A stretch of DNA of 64,000 nt from an archaeon (GTDB lineage: Archaea > Nanobdellota > Nanobdellia > Woesearchaeales > GW2011-AR15): the NCBI GenBank assembly GCA_018657065.1, contig JABHXU010000016.1, positions 6,333-70,332 of the forward strand, in the 5' to 3' direction. Shown here one piece after another: positions 10,413 through 19,610 of the stretch (within the stretch, counting starts at the first letter, position 1; every line of letters begins with the position of its first letter). Under the pieces are notes generated by a model. That model worked only from the letters and a program-made list of their open reading frames with translations, was not told the origin of the DNA and did not search any database. The translations under genes were made by a program, and so were the position numbers.

Positions 10413-11429
10413 TTATTTTTTTTCTTTTATTTCTTTTATTAAACTATAACCTATCCCATTACCTATTGTTTGAATATATTTTTGTTCTTGAAGAGAATCT
10501 CCTAACTTATCTCTAATATTTGCTATAACAACAGGAACATATGAATAGTTCCCACCCCATACTTCAAGATTAATTTTATCTGGTGTAATTATTTCTCCAG
10601 AATATCTTAATAATACATTTAATACTTTACTTTCTATTCCAGTTAAAAAACTAGGTTTTTTATTTTTATTTTCAGGAAAATGAATAATCCTATTTTCATT
10701 ATCATATAATAAATCTTGAATATTTACATCTCCTGATCTTTTTAATTTTCCAACAACAACCTCATTTCTCTTTTTAGATATTTTATATATTGGTTCATCT
10801 TCTTTTGACAAAGTATCAACTTTTTTTATAACACTATTAATTATTTTTCTAAGACTACTCATTGAGTTTTTAGTTTTTGTATATATTTTATTATAGATAT
10901 CCCGATAATCAACAATTTGACCTTCCCTACCAACTAAATATTCAAAAACAAGTCCTTCAATTGGATTTAATTTTAAGTTTTCTTCAGATTCAGTTCTTAA
11001 AACTCGAGTAACTGGATTATAAAAAAGATCACAAAATTCTAAGTCTTCAACAACTCCATAAAATTTGTATTTTTTTGCAGCTGCTTGACCAATAATATCA
11101 AACTGAGTTACATCTCTAATTTGTCTCTTCAATTCATTTATATGTGTTCTAACTTTAGAGAATATTTCTTCGTCAGGTTTTCCACCATATAAATCTGTAA
11201 AAATGTCTCTTTCAGAAACCTCATCATGTGCCATAAAATATGCTAGAATTGCTCCCCTAGAAGGTCCTAAAACAATTTCAGAAACATCTTCTCCTCTAGT
11301 TACTGTTACTTTAAACTCTGTTTCATTACCTAAAACAATTTTCTCTAAATTTACACCTCTAGTTGTTTGATCTATTTTTTCAGGTAGTGATCCTATATAA
11401 GCAATTAAAGTTGAGTTCATTTCTTGCAT
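10413..11429 (-). CDS. Protein with tandem OmpR/PhoB-type winged-helix (Trans_reg_C-like) domains, no receiver domain
   Basis: C-terminal LTGIESKVLNVLLRYSGEIITPDKINLEVWG...VIANIRDKLG...YIQTIGNGIGYSL plus two similar upstream repeats. Confidence 0.7.
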   Translation of the reverse strand: MQEMNSTLIAYIGSLPEKIDQTTRGVNLEKIVLGNETEFKVTVTRGEDVSEIVLGPSRGAILAYFMAHDEVSERDIFTDLYGGKPDEEIFSKVRTHINELKRQIRDVTQFDIIGQAAAKKYKFYGVVEDLEFCDLFYNPVTRVLRTESEENLKLNPIEGLVFEYLVGREGQIVDYRDIYNKIYTKTKNSMSSLRKIINSVIKKVDTLSKEDEPIYKISKKRNEVVVGKLKRSGDVNIQDLLYDNENRIIHFPENKNKKPSFLTGIESKVLNVLLRYSGEIITPDKINLEVWGGNYSYVPVVIANIRDKLGDSLQEQKYIQTIGNGIGYSLIKEIKEKK

Positions 11430-11487
11430 AGAAGCGCGAGAACCCTAACTTATTTATAAATATTAATTCAAAAAAAGAAAAAAAATA

Positions 11488-12030
11488 CTAATATACCCAC
11501 TTAATACTACAACCCATAGAGGGGTTTTCTTGTTTACTTATTTGTTCAGATTCAAAATATTCTTTAATTGCATCATATAATTCATGAACTTGTGCAGATT
11601 CAGAACCATGAGCATCATCTATTCTACTATGAAAAACCAACTTTAAATCTTTATCAAATAAAAATGGATCAGGTGTACAAACTGCCCCATAATCTTTAGC
11701 AATCTTTTGAGTATCATCAAATAAATATGAAAAACTCAAATTAAGCTTCTTCATATTTTCAAAACTATCTTCAGGATACTCAGGATTATTATTTGGATTA
11801 ATTCCTATAACACTTAGTCCTTTATCTTTAAAATCTCGTGCAATTCGATTTAACTCTTCAATTTTAGGAATAACATAAGGACAATGATTACACATAAAAA
11901 CAACTAGTGTTAATTTTTCACCTTTTAATTCATTTAAAGAATGTTTTTTATCATCTGTCCCAACTAGTTTAAAACTTGGAGCAATGCTTTGTTTTTGTAA
12001 TCTATCATCATTTGATCCCATTAATGTCAT
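11488..12030 (-). CDS. AhpC/TSA-like thioredoxin family protein
   Basis: FMCNHCPYV, YPEDSFENMK, YGAVCTPDPF, GCSIKW. Confidence 0.9.
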   Translation of the reverse strand: MTLMGSNDDRLQKQSIAPSFKLVGTDDKKHSLNELKGEKLTLVVFMCNHCPYVIPKIEELNRIARDFKDKGLSVIGINPNNNPEYPEDSFENMKKLNLSFSYLFDDTQKIAKDYGAVCTPDPFLFDKDLKLVFHSRIDDAHGSESAQVHELYDAIKEYFESEQISKQENPSMGCSIKWVY

Positions 12031-12081
12031 AATATCACCAATTAAAAATATAATTCAAAAGTTTAAAAGAATATTGTTTAA

Positions 12082-12513
12082 TTATTCAATCCCATAATCA
12101 AAGTTATCATATTTTCCAGTATCAACAATAAATTCATCTTTTGATTTTTTGTAATGAACTTTTTCCTTTTTTTGAAGTGGTTTGTCAGAAACATTTGTTT
12201 TTGAGATTTTTGGTTTTTGTATTTCTTCTTTTTTTTCAGGATTATTTTTTTCTTGCTTTTTTTTACTATATTCAAGCATTTCAAGACCTTTTTTTAAATT
12301 AATATTTCCACAATTAATACAAAAAAAATAAGGACCATATTTTCCTGTTCTAATATCAAGCCAAGAACCACATAAACATTTTATATCTGGAAGATTAGTT
12401 TCTTTATGAGCCAAACAAACTAAAAGTCCTTGTTTATTTTTAGCTAATGCTTGTTTATCACAAAATGGACAACTATCATTTCTAGATTCTCCATATCGTT
12501 TAGGTATTCTCAT
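12082..12513 (-). CDS. Zinc-ribbon hypothetical protein
   Basis: CPFC, CLAH, CLCG, GKYGPYFFCINC motifs followed by a Lys-rich tail. Confidence 0.65.
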   Translation of the reverse strand: MRIPKRYGESRNDSCPFCDKQALAKNKQGLLVCLAHKETNLPDIKCLCGSWLDIRTGKYGPYFFCINCGNINLKKGLEMLEYSKKKQEKNNPEKKEEIQKPKISKTNVSDKPLQKKEKVHYKKSKDEFIVDTGKYDNFDYGIE

Positions 12514-12566
12514 TAAATAATTAATTTTTCATAGAATATTTATATCTATTTATTCTTCAATTAATT

Positions 12567-13157
12567 ATGAAGTTTAAAAAAGATAATTTAGTTTATAATT
12601 TTTTAAATAAACTGGATTCATTTTTAAAAAAACTAGCAAATGATCCTAAAAAAGTTATGGGTGTAGCTATTCTTTCAATTATTGGTCTTATTGTTATCAC
12701 AAAATTTCGAAGTATTTTATTTTTTGTTTTACTAAATTTACTTGCATCTGTTTCTATGATGTATTTAAAAATTTCAAAACATGCTCATTATATTGGATTA
12801 GAACTTTGCACATTAGCAACTGTTTTAATATCATTAAAATATGGACATACTCTAGGTATGATCACCGGTTTTATTTCTATAACCTCTGCATTAATTGTAA
12901 GCGGATATTTTAAACCTACATATTTTGTTTCTGTTTTAACTATGCCACTAATAGGCATAATTACACCATTATTCTCAAATTTAAGTTTGTGGCAAATTGG
13001 TCTTATTATGACATTGATGTATGACGCTATTGTTCTTCCCCTCTATATTTTTATGGGAAGTAGGATTATTTCAAGTGTAATTTTTTTTATAACACACGTT
13101 CTTTTCAACTATTGGGTCTTTACTACACTTGCACCTGTATTATTTAATTTGATGTAA
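12567..13157 (+). CDS. Hypothetical membrane protein (possibly ECF S-component-like)
   Basis: About 6 TM segments; LATVLISLKYGHTLGMITG pattern. Confidence 0.5.
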   Translation: MKFKKDNLVYNFLNKLDSFLKKLANDPKKVMGVAILSIIGLIVITKFRSILFFVLLNLLASVSMMYLKISKHAHYIGLELCTLATVLISLKYGHTLGMITGFISITSALIVSGYFKPTYFVSVLTMPLIGIITPLFSNLSLWQIGLIMTLMYDAIVLPLYIFMGSRIISSVIFFITHVLFNYWVFTTLAPVLFNLM

Positions 13158-13206
13158 CAGTCAAAGAAAAATATATTAAGGGGATTTCTTAATTAAAACT
13201 TCAAAG

Positions 13207-13929
13207 GTGATTAATTTGAAAAAAAATTTATTATATTTTATGTTAATATTAAGTATTGTTATTATTGCAGGTTGCACAAGAAGTTATGCACCATCAACAA
13301 ATAATAATAACAATCCAATAGAACCTACCCAAAGTGAAAATGAAAATAGTTGTAAAGATTATGAAAATGGTGTCGATCAATATGTTAACGGTGAACTAAC
13401 TGTTTGCATGTATGGTGCTGAAGAACCAGGTGACGAGCCTGGGATGATGTGTGCTAGACATAATGATTTATGTGATCAGGATTCAGACGAATTATACGAA
13501 AAATATTGTGAAGGAGATGAAATGAAATTTGAAGTAATTCCTTGTAAATATGGTTGTGAAAATGGAGCATGTTTACAATTTATAGAAAGATGTCAATTCC
13601 CTGCAGGAACAGATTGTGTAGACAAAGCTACAACAACAAGCGATAGTATGGAAATAGCTCTTAGAAATAATATTGGTTTTACAATTGAAATAAGTCATGT
13701 AAATGATGAATATTGTAGTGGATTTACTTTAGTTGCTGTTGGAACATCTGATCCCTATGAACAAATAAATAATCAAGAAGTACCAAATAATGAAATCTAT
13801 AGAATTAAGTTGCAAGGATGTGAATTTGATGCAGATCCTATATTTAATAATGTTGAAGTAACTTATAAAAACACAGCAACAGGACTATCACATATAGCAA
13901 TTGGTGAAATTGAAAGTATAATAACTTAG
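13207..13929 (+). CDS. Cys-rich lipoprotein with pilin-like C-terminal domain
   Basis: Lipobox IIAGC; LYEKYC...CKYGCENGAC module; ERCQFPAGTDC start of C-terminal domain; GTG start. Confidence 0.65.
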   Translation: MINLKKNLLYFMLILSIVIIAGCTRSYAPSTNNNNNPIEPTQSENENSCKDYENGVDQYVNGELTVCMYGAEEPGDEPGMMCARHNDLCDQDSDELYEKYCEGDEMKFEVIPCKYGCENGACLQFIERCQFPAGTDCVDKATTTSDSMEIALRNNIGFTIEISHVNDEYCSGFTLVAVGTSDPYEQINNQEVPNNEIYRIKLQGCEFDADPIFNNVEVTYKNTATGLSHIAIGEIESIIT

Positions 13930-13939
13930 AATTTATATT

Positions 13940-13965
13940 CCTGCTTAATTAGCAGGCTTTTTTTT
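13940..13965 (+). terminator. Hairpin plus U-tract intrinsic terminator
   Basis: CCTGCT-TAATT-AGCAGG followed by C and T8, just after the stop at 13929. Confidence 0.7.
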
Positions 13966-14012
13966 GTTTCTTCAATAACTTTTATAACCAACAAACGATT
14001 TCTTTTAATAAT

Positions 14013-14711
14013 ATGGAAAAATATCAAATTGAAGGAAGAAATCCTGTATATGAAGCTCTTAGATCCAAAGTTAAGATTACAAAAATTTTTGTTGAAGAAA
14101 ATAAACAAAACAATGAACGAGTTAAAAAAATCATTAAACTAGCTAAAGACAAGAATGTACCTATTGTCATTAGAGAATTTCTTAAGAATTTTGCAGAAAC
14201 AGAAAGGCATCAAGGTGTCGTTGCTATTGCTATAAAAGACAAATTAAAATTAAAAGATATTAAAGATCCTCAATTAGTAATTATAATTTCTGGATCTGAT
14301 TATGATATGAATTTAGGTACATTAATTAGAAGTGCTGAAGCTGCAGGAGCAAATTGTATAATTGTTCCTAGAAAAACAAAAATTTCTCCACTTGTTATTA
14401 AATCAAGTGCCGGTGCAATTTCTCATATTCCTGTAATTGAAGAAAATTTATTTACTGCATTAAAACATTTTAGAAAAATCGGATTAATTGTTTACGGTTT
14501 AGATGAAGAAGCTAAAACAACAATATATAATGCTAACTTAAATCAACCTATTGTATTAGTTATAGGAAAAGAAGATTCTGGGTTAAATGAATCAAGCAGT
14601 AAATATATTGATGAATACTTAAAAATTCCAATGTATGGGAAAATGAATTCTTTGAATATGGCTGTAAGTGCATCAATTGCCATGTTTGAAACAATAAGAC
14701 AAAAAAAGTAA
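14013..14711 (+). CDS. SpoU/TrmH family RNA 2'-O-methyltransferase (RlmB-like)
   Basis: EGRNPVYEAL, HQGVVA, NLGTLIRSAEAAG, IGKEDSGL, IPMYGKMNSLNMAVSA. Confidence 0.9.
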   Translation: MEKYQIEGRNPVYEALRSKVKITKIFVEENKQNNERVKKIIKLAKDKNVPIVIREFLKNFAETERHQGVVAIAIKDKLKLKDIKDPQLVIIISGSDYDMNLGTLIRSAEAAGANCIIVPRKTKISPLVIKSSAGAISHIPVIEENLFTALKHFRKIGLIVYGLDEEAKTTIYNANLNQPIVLVIGKEDSGLNESSSKYIDEYLKIPMYGKMNSLNMAVSASIAMFETIRQKK

Positions 14712-14765
14712 ACTCTTTTTTTACTTAAACAACATCTTTAAATACATTTCATCTAATCTTTAATC

Positions 14766-15371
14766 TTGGTGATTATTATGAATTTTAAAGAAATTGTTAT
14801 GTCTAGATATGCAACTAAAAAATTTAATGGTGAAAAAATTCCTCAAGATAAAGTTGATGAGTTAATTGAATTAATTAGATACTCAGCCTCAAGCTTTAAT
14901 ATGCAAACTTGGAAACTTAAAATTATTTCAGATCCTAAAATGTTAGCTGATCTAAAACCTGTTTCATTTAATCAAGAACAAATTACTACTTGTAGTCATT
15001 TACTTGTCTTTTGTGCTGACAGTGATTTAATGGGTTCAATAAATAGAATTAAACAAATGATGCTGGATAGTGGAGCTAAAGAAGAGGATATCAAAGCTTA
15101 TATTGATATGATGACAAGTTATGTTTCAAGTTTAGATGAAAATGGAAAAAATTCATATGCTAGAGACCAAGTTTTTATTGCTTTAGGTAATGCATTAAAC
15201 GGAGCTAAGGCACTTGGATTTGATTCTTGTCCTATGGGTGGATTTGATCCAATGAAATATAAAGAAATGTTAAATCTTAGTGATAACTTAATGCCTGCTG
15301 TTATTTGTCCAATTGGATACGCTGCAGACGAACCTCGTCCAAAAATGAGATTTGATAATATAGTTTTATAA
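14766..15371 (+). CDS. Nitroreductase family NAD(P)H-dependent flavin oxidoreductase (probable start 14778)
   Basis: SRYATKKF, SASSFNMQTW, LGFDSCPMGGFD, IGY. Confidence 0.9.
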   Translation: MVIIMNFKEIVMSRYATKKFNGEKIPQDKVDELIELIRYSASSFNMQTWKLKIISDPKMLADLKPVSFNQEQITTCSHLLVFCADSDLMGSINRIKQMMLDSGAKEEDIKAYIDMMTSYVSSLDENGKNSYARDQVFIALGNALNGAKALGFDSCPMGGFDPMKYKEMLNLSDNLMPAVICPIGYAADEPRPKMRFDNIVL

Positions 15372-15438
15372 AAAAATTTTATTTTTTATTCTTACACTCA
15401 TAGAATAATTTAAATAATCAAATATTCTTTTAATTAAA

Positions 15439-15846
15439 ATGATGAATTATCTAAAACCTCTACAAATGAGTTATTCATATAGTATGGTTTTGTTTGGAGT
15501 TTTTTCAGTAGTTCTTATTGTATGGGCAATTATAGATTGTTTAAATTCAAAAAGAAAAGACATTGAAAAATTAATTTGGATTATTATCATTTTCTCACTA
15601 AATGTTATAGGTGTTGCTATATATTTTATGATTGCTAAACGAGGTATCACAATGGCTAAAAATACTAAAAAATTATTCAGAAGTAAAAAAAATAAAATGA
15701 TCGCAGGAGTTTGTGGAGGTTTAGGAGAGTATCTAGAAGTTGATCCAACAGTAGTTAGATTAATTTGGGTATTATTTGCACTAACTGGCTCAGGAATTCT
15801 TGCTTATATTGTTGCTTGGATTATTATTCCTGAATCTAAACATTAA
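15439..15846 (+). CDS. PLDc_N-like membrane hairpin fused to a PspC domain
   Basis: WAIIDCL...KLIWIIIIFSLNVIGVAIYF then KKLFRSKKNKMIAGVCGGLGEYLEVDPTVVRL...AYIVAWIIIP. Confidence 0.85.
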   Translation: MMNYLKPLQMSYSYSMVLFGVFSVVLIVWAIIDCLNSKRKDIEKLIWIIIIFSLNVIGVAIYFMIAKRGITMAKNTKKLFRSKKNKMIAGVCGGLGEYLEVDPTVVRLIWVLFALTGSGILAYIVAWIIIPESKH

Positions 15847-15882
15847 TTTATTTGTTTTTTGAACATATATATTTTATTTATT

Positions 15883-16845
15883 TCAACCAACAAATTCATT
15901 TGTAAAAATATCTTCAATTTTTACCTCAGTCTCAATAATGTTATTGTTTGATAATATTGTTATCATGTTTTCCCAAACTTTAGGTTCCATTACTCCTAAT
16001 CTTGAATCTCCTGTATGAATTAAAGGAATTGAACTAGCTAACATATTTTGTTGATGAGACCTTGATGAATCAATTGCATAATTCATGATAATATCTACAG
16101 TTTCTTCTTCATTTTCAATAGCATATTGCCATCCTTTTAATGTCGCTTCAACAAAAGATCTAACTTGCTTAGGATTATTATTGATATTATCTACTGTTGT
16201 TACTATTACATCTGCATACATAGTAACTCCCCAATCTTCTGGTCCTATTATCTCAACTTCATATCCATTTTCCATAGCAGTATTTGGTTCATTTATTCTA
16301 AACCCTGGCCAGACATCTATTTCTTTATTATAAAATGAAGTTAAATCATATGCTATTTCTACTTCAGTAATTTCATTTCTATTAATATTCAAATATTCAA
16401 GCATAGAAACATAAGAGTAAAATGTTCCAGAACCTTTTTTGATCCCAATTTTTTTCCCCACAAAATCATGAGGGCTTTTTATTCCACTTTCCTTTAAAGC
16501 AAAATAACAAACTGGACTTAATTTATATATTACAGCAACTGCTTTTACTGGTTCGCCTTTTGAAATAGCAACAATTAAATCATCTGCTCCAACAATTCCA
16601 AAATCTGATTCTCCTGATAAAACTTCTTGCAATGATGAAAAATCCACTCCTCCTTTTTTTAATGAAACATTTAATCCATTTTGTTCATAAAATCCTTTAT
16701 CTAAAGCAATATAATTTCCTGAAAATTGTGCTTGATGTAACCATTTAAGTCTTACATCAACATTATCAAGTTCTATTGTAGTCTTTGTTGTTGCACAAGC
16801 TGTTAAAAAAATAATTATCAAAAGTAAAATAAGTCCTCGTCTCAT
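15883..16845 (-). CDS. NMT1/THI5-like ABC substrate-binding lipoprotein
   Basis: Lipobox LTAC; RLKWLHQAQFSGNYIALDKGFYEQNGL; FVEATLKGWQYA; upstream SD AAGGAGGT. Confidence 0.88.
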   Translation of the reverse strand: MRRGLILLLIIIFLTACATTKTTIELDNVDVRLKWLHQAQFSGNYIALDKGFYEQNGLNVSLKKGGVDFSSLQEVLSGESDFGIVGADDLIVAISKGEPVKAVAVIYKLSPVCYFALKESGIKSPHDFVGKKIGIKKGSGTFYSYVSMLEYLNINRNEITEVEIAYDLTSFYNKEIDVWPGFRINEPNTAMENGYEVEIIGPEDWGVTMYADVIVTTVDNINNNPKQVRSFVEATLKGWQYAIENEEETVDIIMNYAIDSSRSHQQNMLASSIPLIHTGDSRLGVMEPKVWENMITILSNNNIIETEVKIEDIFTNEFVG

Positions 16846-16925
16846 TACTATACCTCCTTAGTGACTGTAACAATATAACAAGTATGGGTGTTATCTGTAT
16901 TTAAATGTTTAGAAACATAATTGAA

Positions 16926-17780
16926 TTAATTAATAGCATATTTAACAGCAGATTCTGCTAAAATTTTTGCAGTGTCAAAAAGTTCAATATCTACATCTTC
17001 TTGTTTAAGTAAAAGAGGAATATCAGTACATCCTAAAATAATTGCTTTTACATTATTTTTTTCAAGTTTCCAAATAATTTTTTTAAAATCAAGTTTATCC
17101 TGCCTTAGTTTTTTACCCTGTAATATATTATCAACAATAGAATTCACTTTTTCTTGGTCTTTAGGAGCAATTAATTTTATTCCTAATTTTTTTAAGTCTT
17201 GATTGTAAATTTTTCCATTAATTGTTGTGTTTGTTGCTAGTATTCCTACAAAATCTATGTTTTCAGATTTGATTTTTTTAGCAGTTTCTGTTGCTATACT
17301 TAAAAAAGGAATCGATATTTGTTTTTTTATATCTTGATAATAAAAATGAGCTGTGTTACATGGCATAACAATAAAATCTGCACCTATTTTTTCAAGTCTT
17401 TTTGCTCCATTAATTAATAATTCTAACACTTCTTTAGATTTTTGCGCTTTGTTAAACATGTTTGGAACTGGTAAATTTAAAATTATAATTTCAGGAAAAT
17501 CAACATCATATTTTGCCCCATAAATTATTCTACATTGTTGAATTAACTCTTGATAAAAATTAGCTGTAGCTTCTGGACTCATACCACCTAAAACACCAAT
17601 TATCTTTTTTTTTGGTTTTGAATTTAAATCAACTTTTGTTTTCCACTTAATTTTAATATTATTTGGTAAAAAAACTACTTCTTCTTGAATTATTGAATAA
17701 GAATCCTCTGGATCAGAAAATAGAGTTTTATCTATTTTTACTTCATCTTCATAGATTCCTCTATTAACTAATCTAGACAT
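16926..17780 (-). CDS. Aspartate/glutamate racemase family protein with N-terminal extension
   Basis: IGVLGGMSPEAT, MPCNTAH, LGCTDIP (both catalytic Cys present). Confidence 0.9.
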   Translation of the reverse strand: MSRLVNRGIYEDEVKIDKTLFSDPEDSYSIIQEEVVFLPNNIKIKWKTKVDLNSKPKKKIIGVLGGMSPEATANFYQELIQQCRIIYGAKYDVDFPEIIILNLPVPNMFNKAQKSKEVLELLINGAKRLEKIGADFIVMPCNTAHFYYQDIKKQISIPFLSIATETAKKIKSENIDFVGILATNTTINGKIYNQDLKKLGIKLIAPKDQEKVNSIVDNILQGKKLRQDKLDFKKIIWKLEKNNVKAIILGCTDIPLLLKQEDVDIELFDTAKILAESAVKYAIN

Positions 17781-17849
17781 ATATATAATTTAAAAAAATC
17801 TAGATATGAATCTAGAGCTAATATTGTATATATGCATATATATGTAAAA

Positions 17850-18560
17850 TTAGTAATCAAGCAAACTTGTTTTTTTTGTTACATCTATTTCTGGAGGCTC
17901 AAAACTTACTTTTGTTTCTCTATATTTACAATAATTGCATTTTTCAGCAGCCTCAGGAATTGGTCCTCTTAAAACATTTAAAGCATTATCAATTATTTTT
18001 TGAGCCACACCTTCATCTGTTTTTATCTTTACTAAATCTTTATGAAATAAAAAAACGTTTTCCATTACTTTATCAGGATGATAAAATAATAAATATGAAT
18101 AATCTTCAGTTTCATATCCAATCTTTCTTAAAAGATAATTATAAAGAGCTTGTTGATCAATATAATGACTGTGTGTGTCTTCTTTTAATGGATATCCTCT
18201 TGTTTTATAATCAAGAACAATTAATTTTCCATTTTCTTTATTAACTAAAATAGCGTCTACAGCTCCTTTTAAAATAAATTCATCGCATTCATACTTTATT
18301 CCTACCCAATTTGTTCTCCATTTGTCAAGTAATTCTAAATCCTCAAATAATTTAACACCCTTAATCTCTTTAATTTCAGGTGGCATTTCTTTTTTTTTAG
18401 CATAAAAATCAAAATGATGTTTTAATATTCTATCCATTCCACTAGGAAGACTAGGAAAGATACCATCTGGTCTTTTAAAATCTTTATTATATTGCAACCA
18501 AAAACATCTTGGACAGTCTTTAAGTAAATTAATTCTAGAAGGAGTGAATTTATATTTCAT
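17850..18560 (-). CDS. Solo Cas4-like PD-(D/E)XK nuclease
   Basis: CPRCFW, GAVDAIL, VLDYKT, QALY, C-terminal CNYC. Confidence 0.85.
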   Translation of the reverse strand: MKYKFTPSRINLLKDCPRCFWLQYNKDFKRPDGIFPSLPSGMDRILKHHFDFYAKKKEMPPEIKEIKGVKLFEDLELLDKWRTNWVGIKYECDEFILKGAVDAILVNKENGKLIVLDYKTRGYPLKEDTHSHYIDQQALYNYLLRKIGYETEDYSYLLFYHPDKVMENVFLFHKDLVKIKTDEGVAQKIIDNALNVLRGPIPEAAEKCNYCKYRETKVSFEPPEIDVTKKTSLLDY

Positions 18561-18620
18561 AATATTAAATAAAATAACAATTCTTTAAAAGAATTGTGTA
18601 AAGATGTCTAGTGAGAAAAT

Positions 18621-19028
18621 TTAGATTACAGGTTTCATTCCTAGATTTTCTGAAAACCTAAGCATGTACCCATCTGGATCTAAAACAATGAATTCTTTGT
18701 TTCCTGTAAAGTCATTATTAACTCTATACTAATTCTCTTCAATTTCTTTGAAAAGAGGATAATTTTTTTCATTTAGTTTTTTAACCATTAATTCTACATT
18801 ATTTGACTTAATCTCAAAATTGATTCCTCTTCCAAAAGGCCTTTCCAATTTAGTTTGAGTCCACCAATCTTGGTTTTCTGAAAGCATTATTTGTGAACCT
18901 TGAAATGATAAAAAAACAAATTTATCTCTACTATATTCAATTTTAAACCCTAATAAATCAACATAAAATTTTAAGGATTCTTTGATATCTAGCACAACCA
19001 TTTCAGGAAGTAAGCTATTGAATTTCAT
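18621..19028 (-). pseudogene. VOC/glyoxalase-bleomycin resistance family protein interrupted by an in-frame TAG at 18729-18731
   Basis: SLKFYVDLLGF...PFGRGINF...EIEEN*YRVNNDFTGNKEFIVLDPDGYMLRFSENLG; the frame continues with the conserved DPDGY motif to TAA at 18621. Confidence 0.85.
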
Positions 19029-19046
19029 AAAAAGAAAAAAATTAAT

Positions 19047-19562
19047 TTAATTTATTAAAACTATGTTTTCAATTATTTCTAATTCTTTATTAAACATAAA
19101 TTCTGCATGTATTTTTTTATTATCTAAAATTAAGGGAGTCCAATAAGGTGCATCTGACCACATAGAATCAAAAGGTAATTCTTTTTTATTAAACCAACTT
19201 GGTTTCATTTCTTCACTCTCAATTATTTCTCCTTCCCAATTTTCTGTAATAAAAATATGAACTTTCTGATTCCATTTTTGAGGTTTTTCTACAAAAGGAA
19301 AATAAAAATTTAGTGTTCCTACTTTTTTAATATTTTTTACAACAACACCAATTTCTTCTTGTACTTCTCTAATTGCTGCTTGTTCAATTGTTTCACCTTC
19401 TTCAACTTTCCCACCAATTCCTAAATATTTTCCTTTTCCAAACCCTGTTTTTTTCATCCCTAAAAGTACTTGATTATCTTTTATGAGAAAACATAATGTC
19501 AAATTCCTAAGTTCATACGTTAAAGAATTTTTATAATCATAGATTTTTTTATTTTGATTCAT
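19047..19562 (-). CDS. NUDIX hydrolase, 8-oxo-dGTP diphosphatase (MTH1-like)
   Basis: Nudix box GGKVEEGETIEQAAIREVQEEIG; ESEEMKPSWF; MWSDAPYW. Confidence 0.9.
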   Translation of the reverse strand: MNQNKKIYDYKNSLTYELRNLTLCFLIKDNQVLLGMKKTGFGKGKYLGIGGKVEEGETIEQAAIREVQEEIGVVVKNIKKVGTLNFYFPFVEKPQKWNQKVHIFITENWEGEIIESEEMKPSWFNKKELPFDSMWSDAPYWTPLILDNKKIHAEFMFNKELEIIENIVLIN

Positions 19563-19610
19563 AAATTGATAAGAATTTTTAGAATTTAATAATTTTTAGT
19601 TACATAATAA

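Noticed and set aside
16846..16925. Possible TPP riboswitch upstream of the NMT1/THI5-like gene
   Set aside because: The leader is short and lacks the conserved CUGAGA and other TPP aptamer motifs.
17850..18560. Cas4-like nuclease as a sign of a CRISPR-Cas locus
   Set aside because: No repeat-spacer array or other cas genes nearby; solo Cas4-like nucleases are common.
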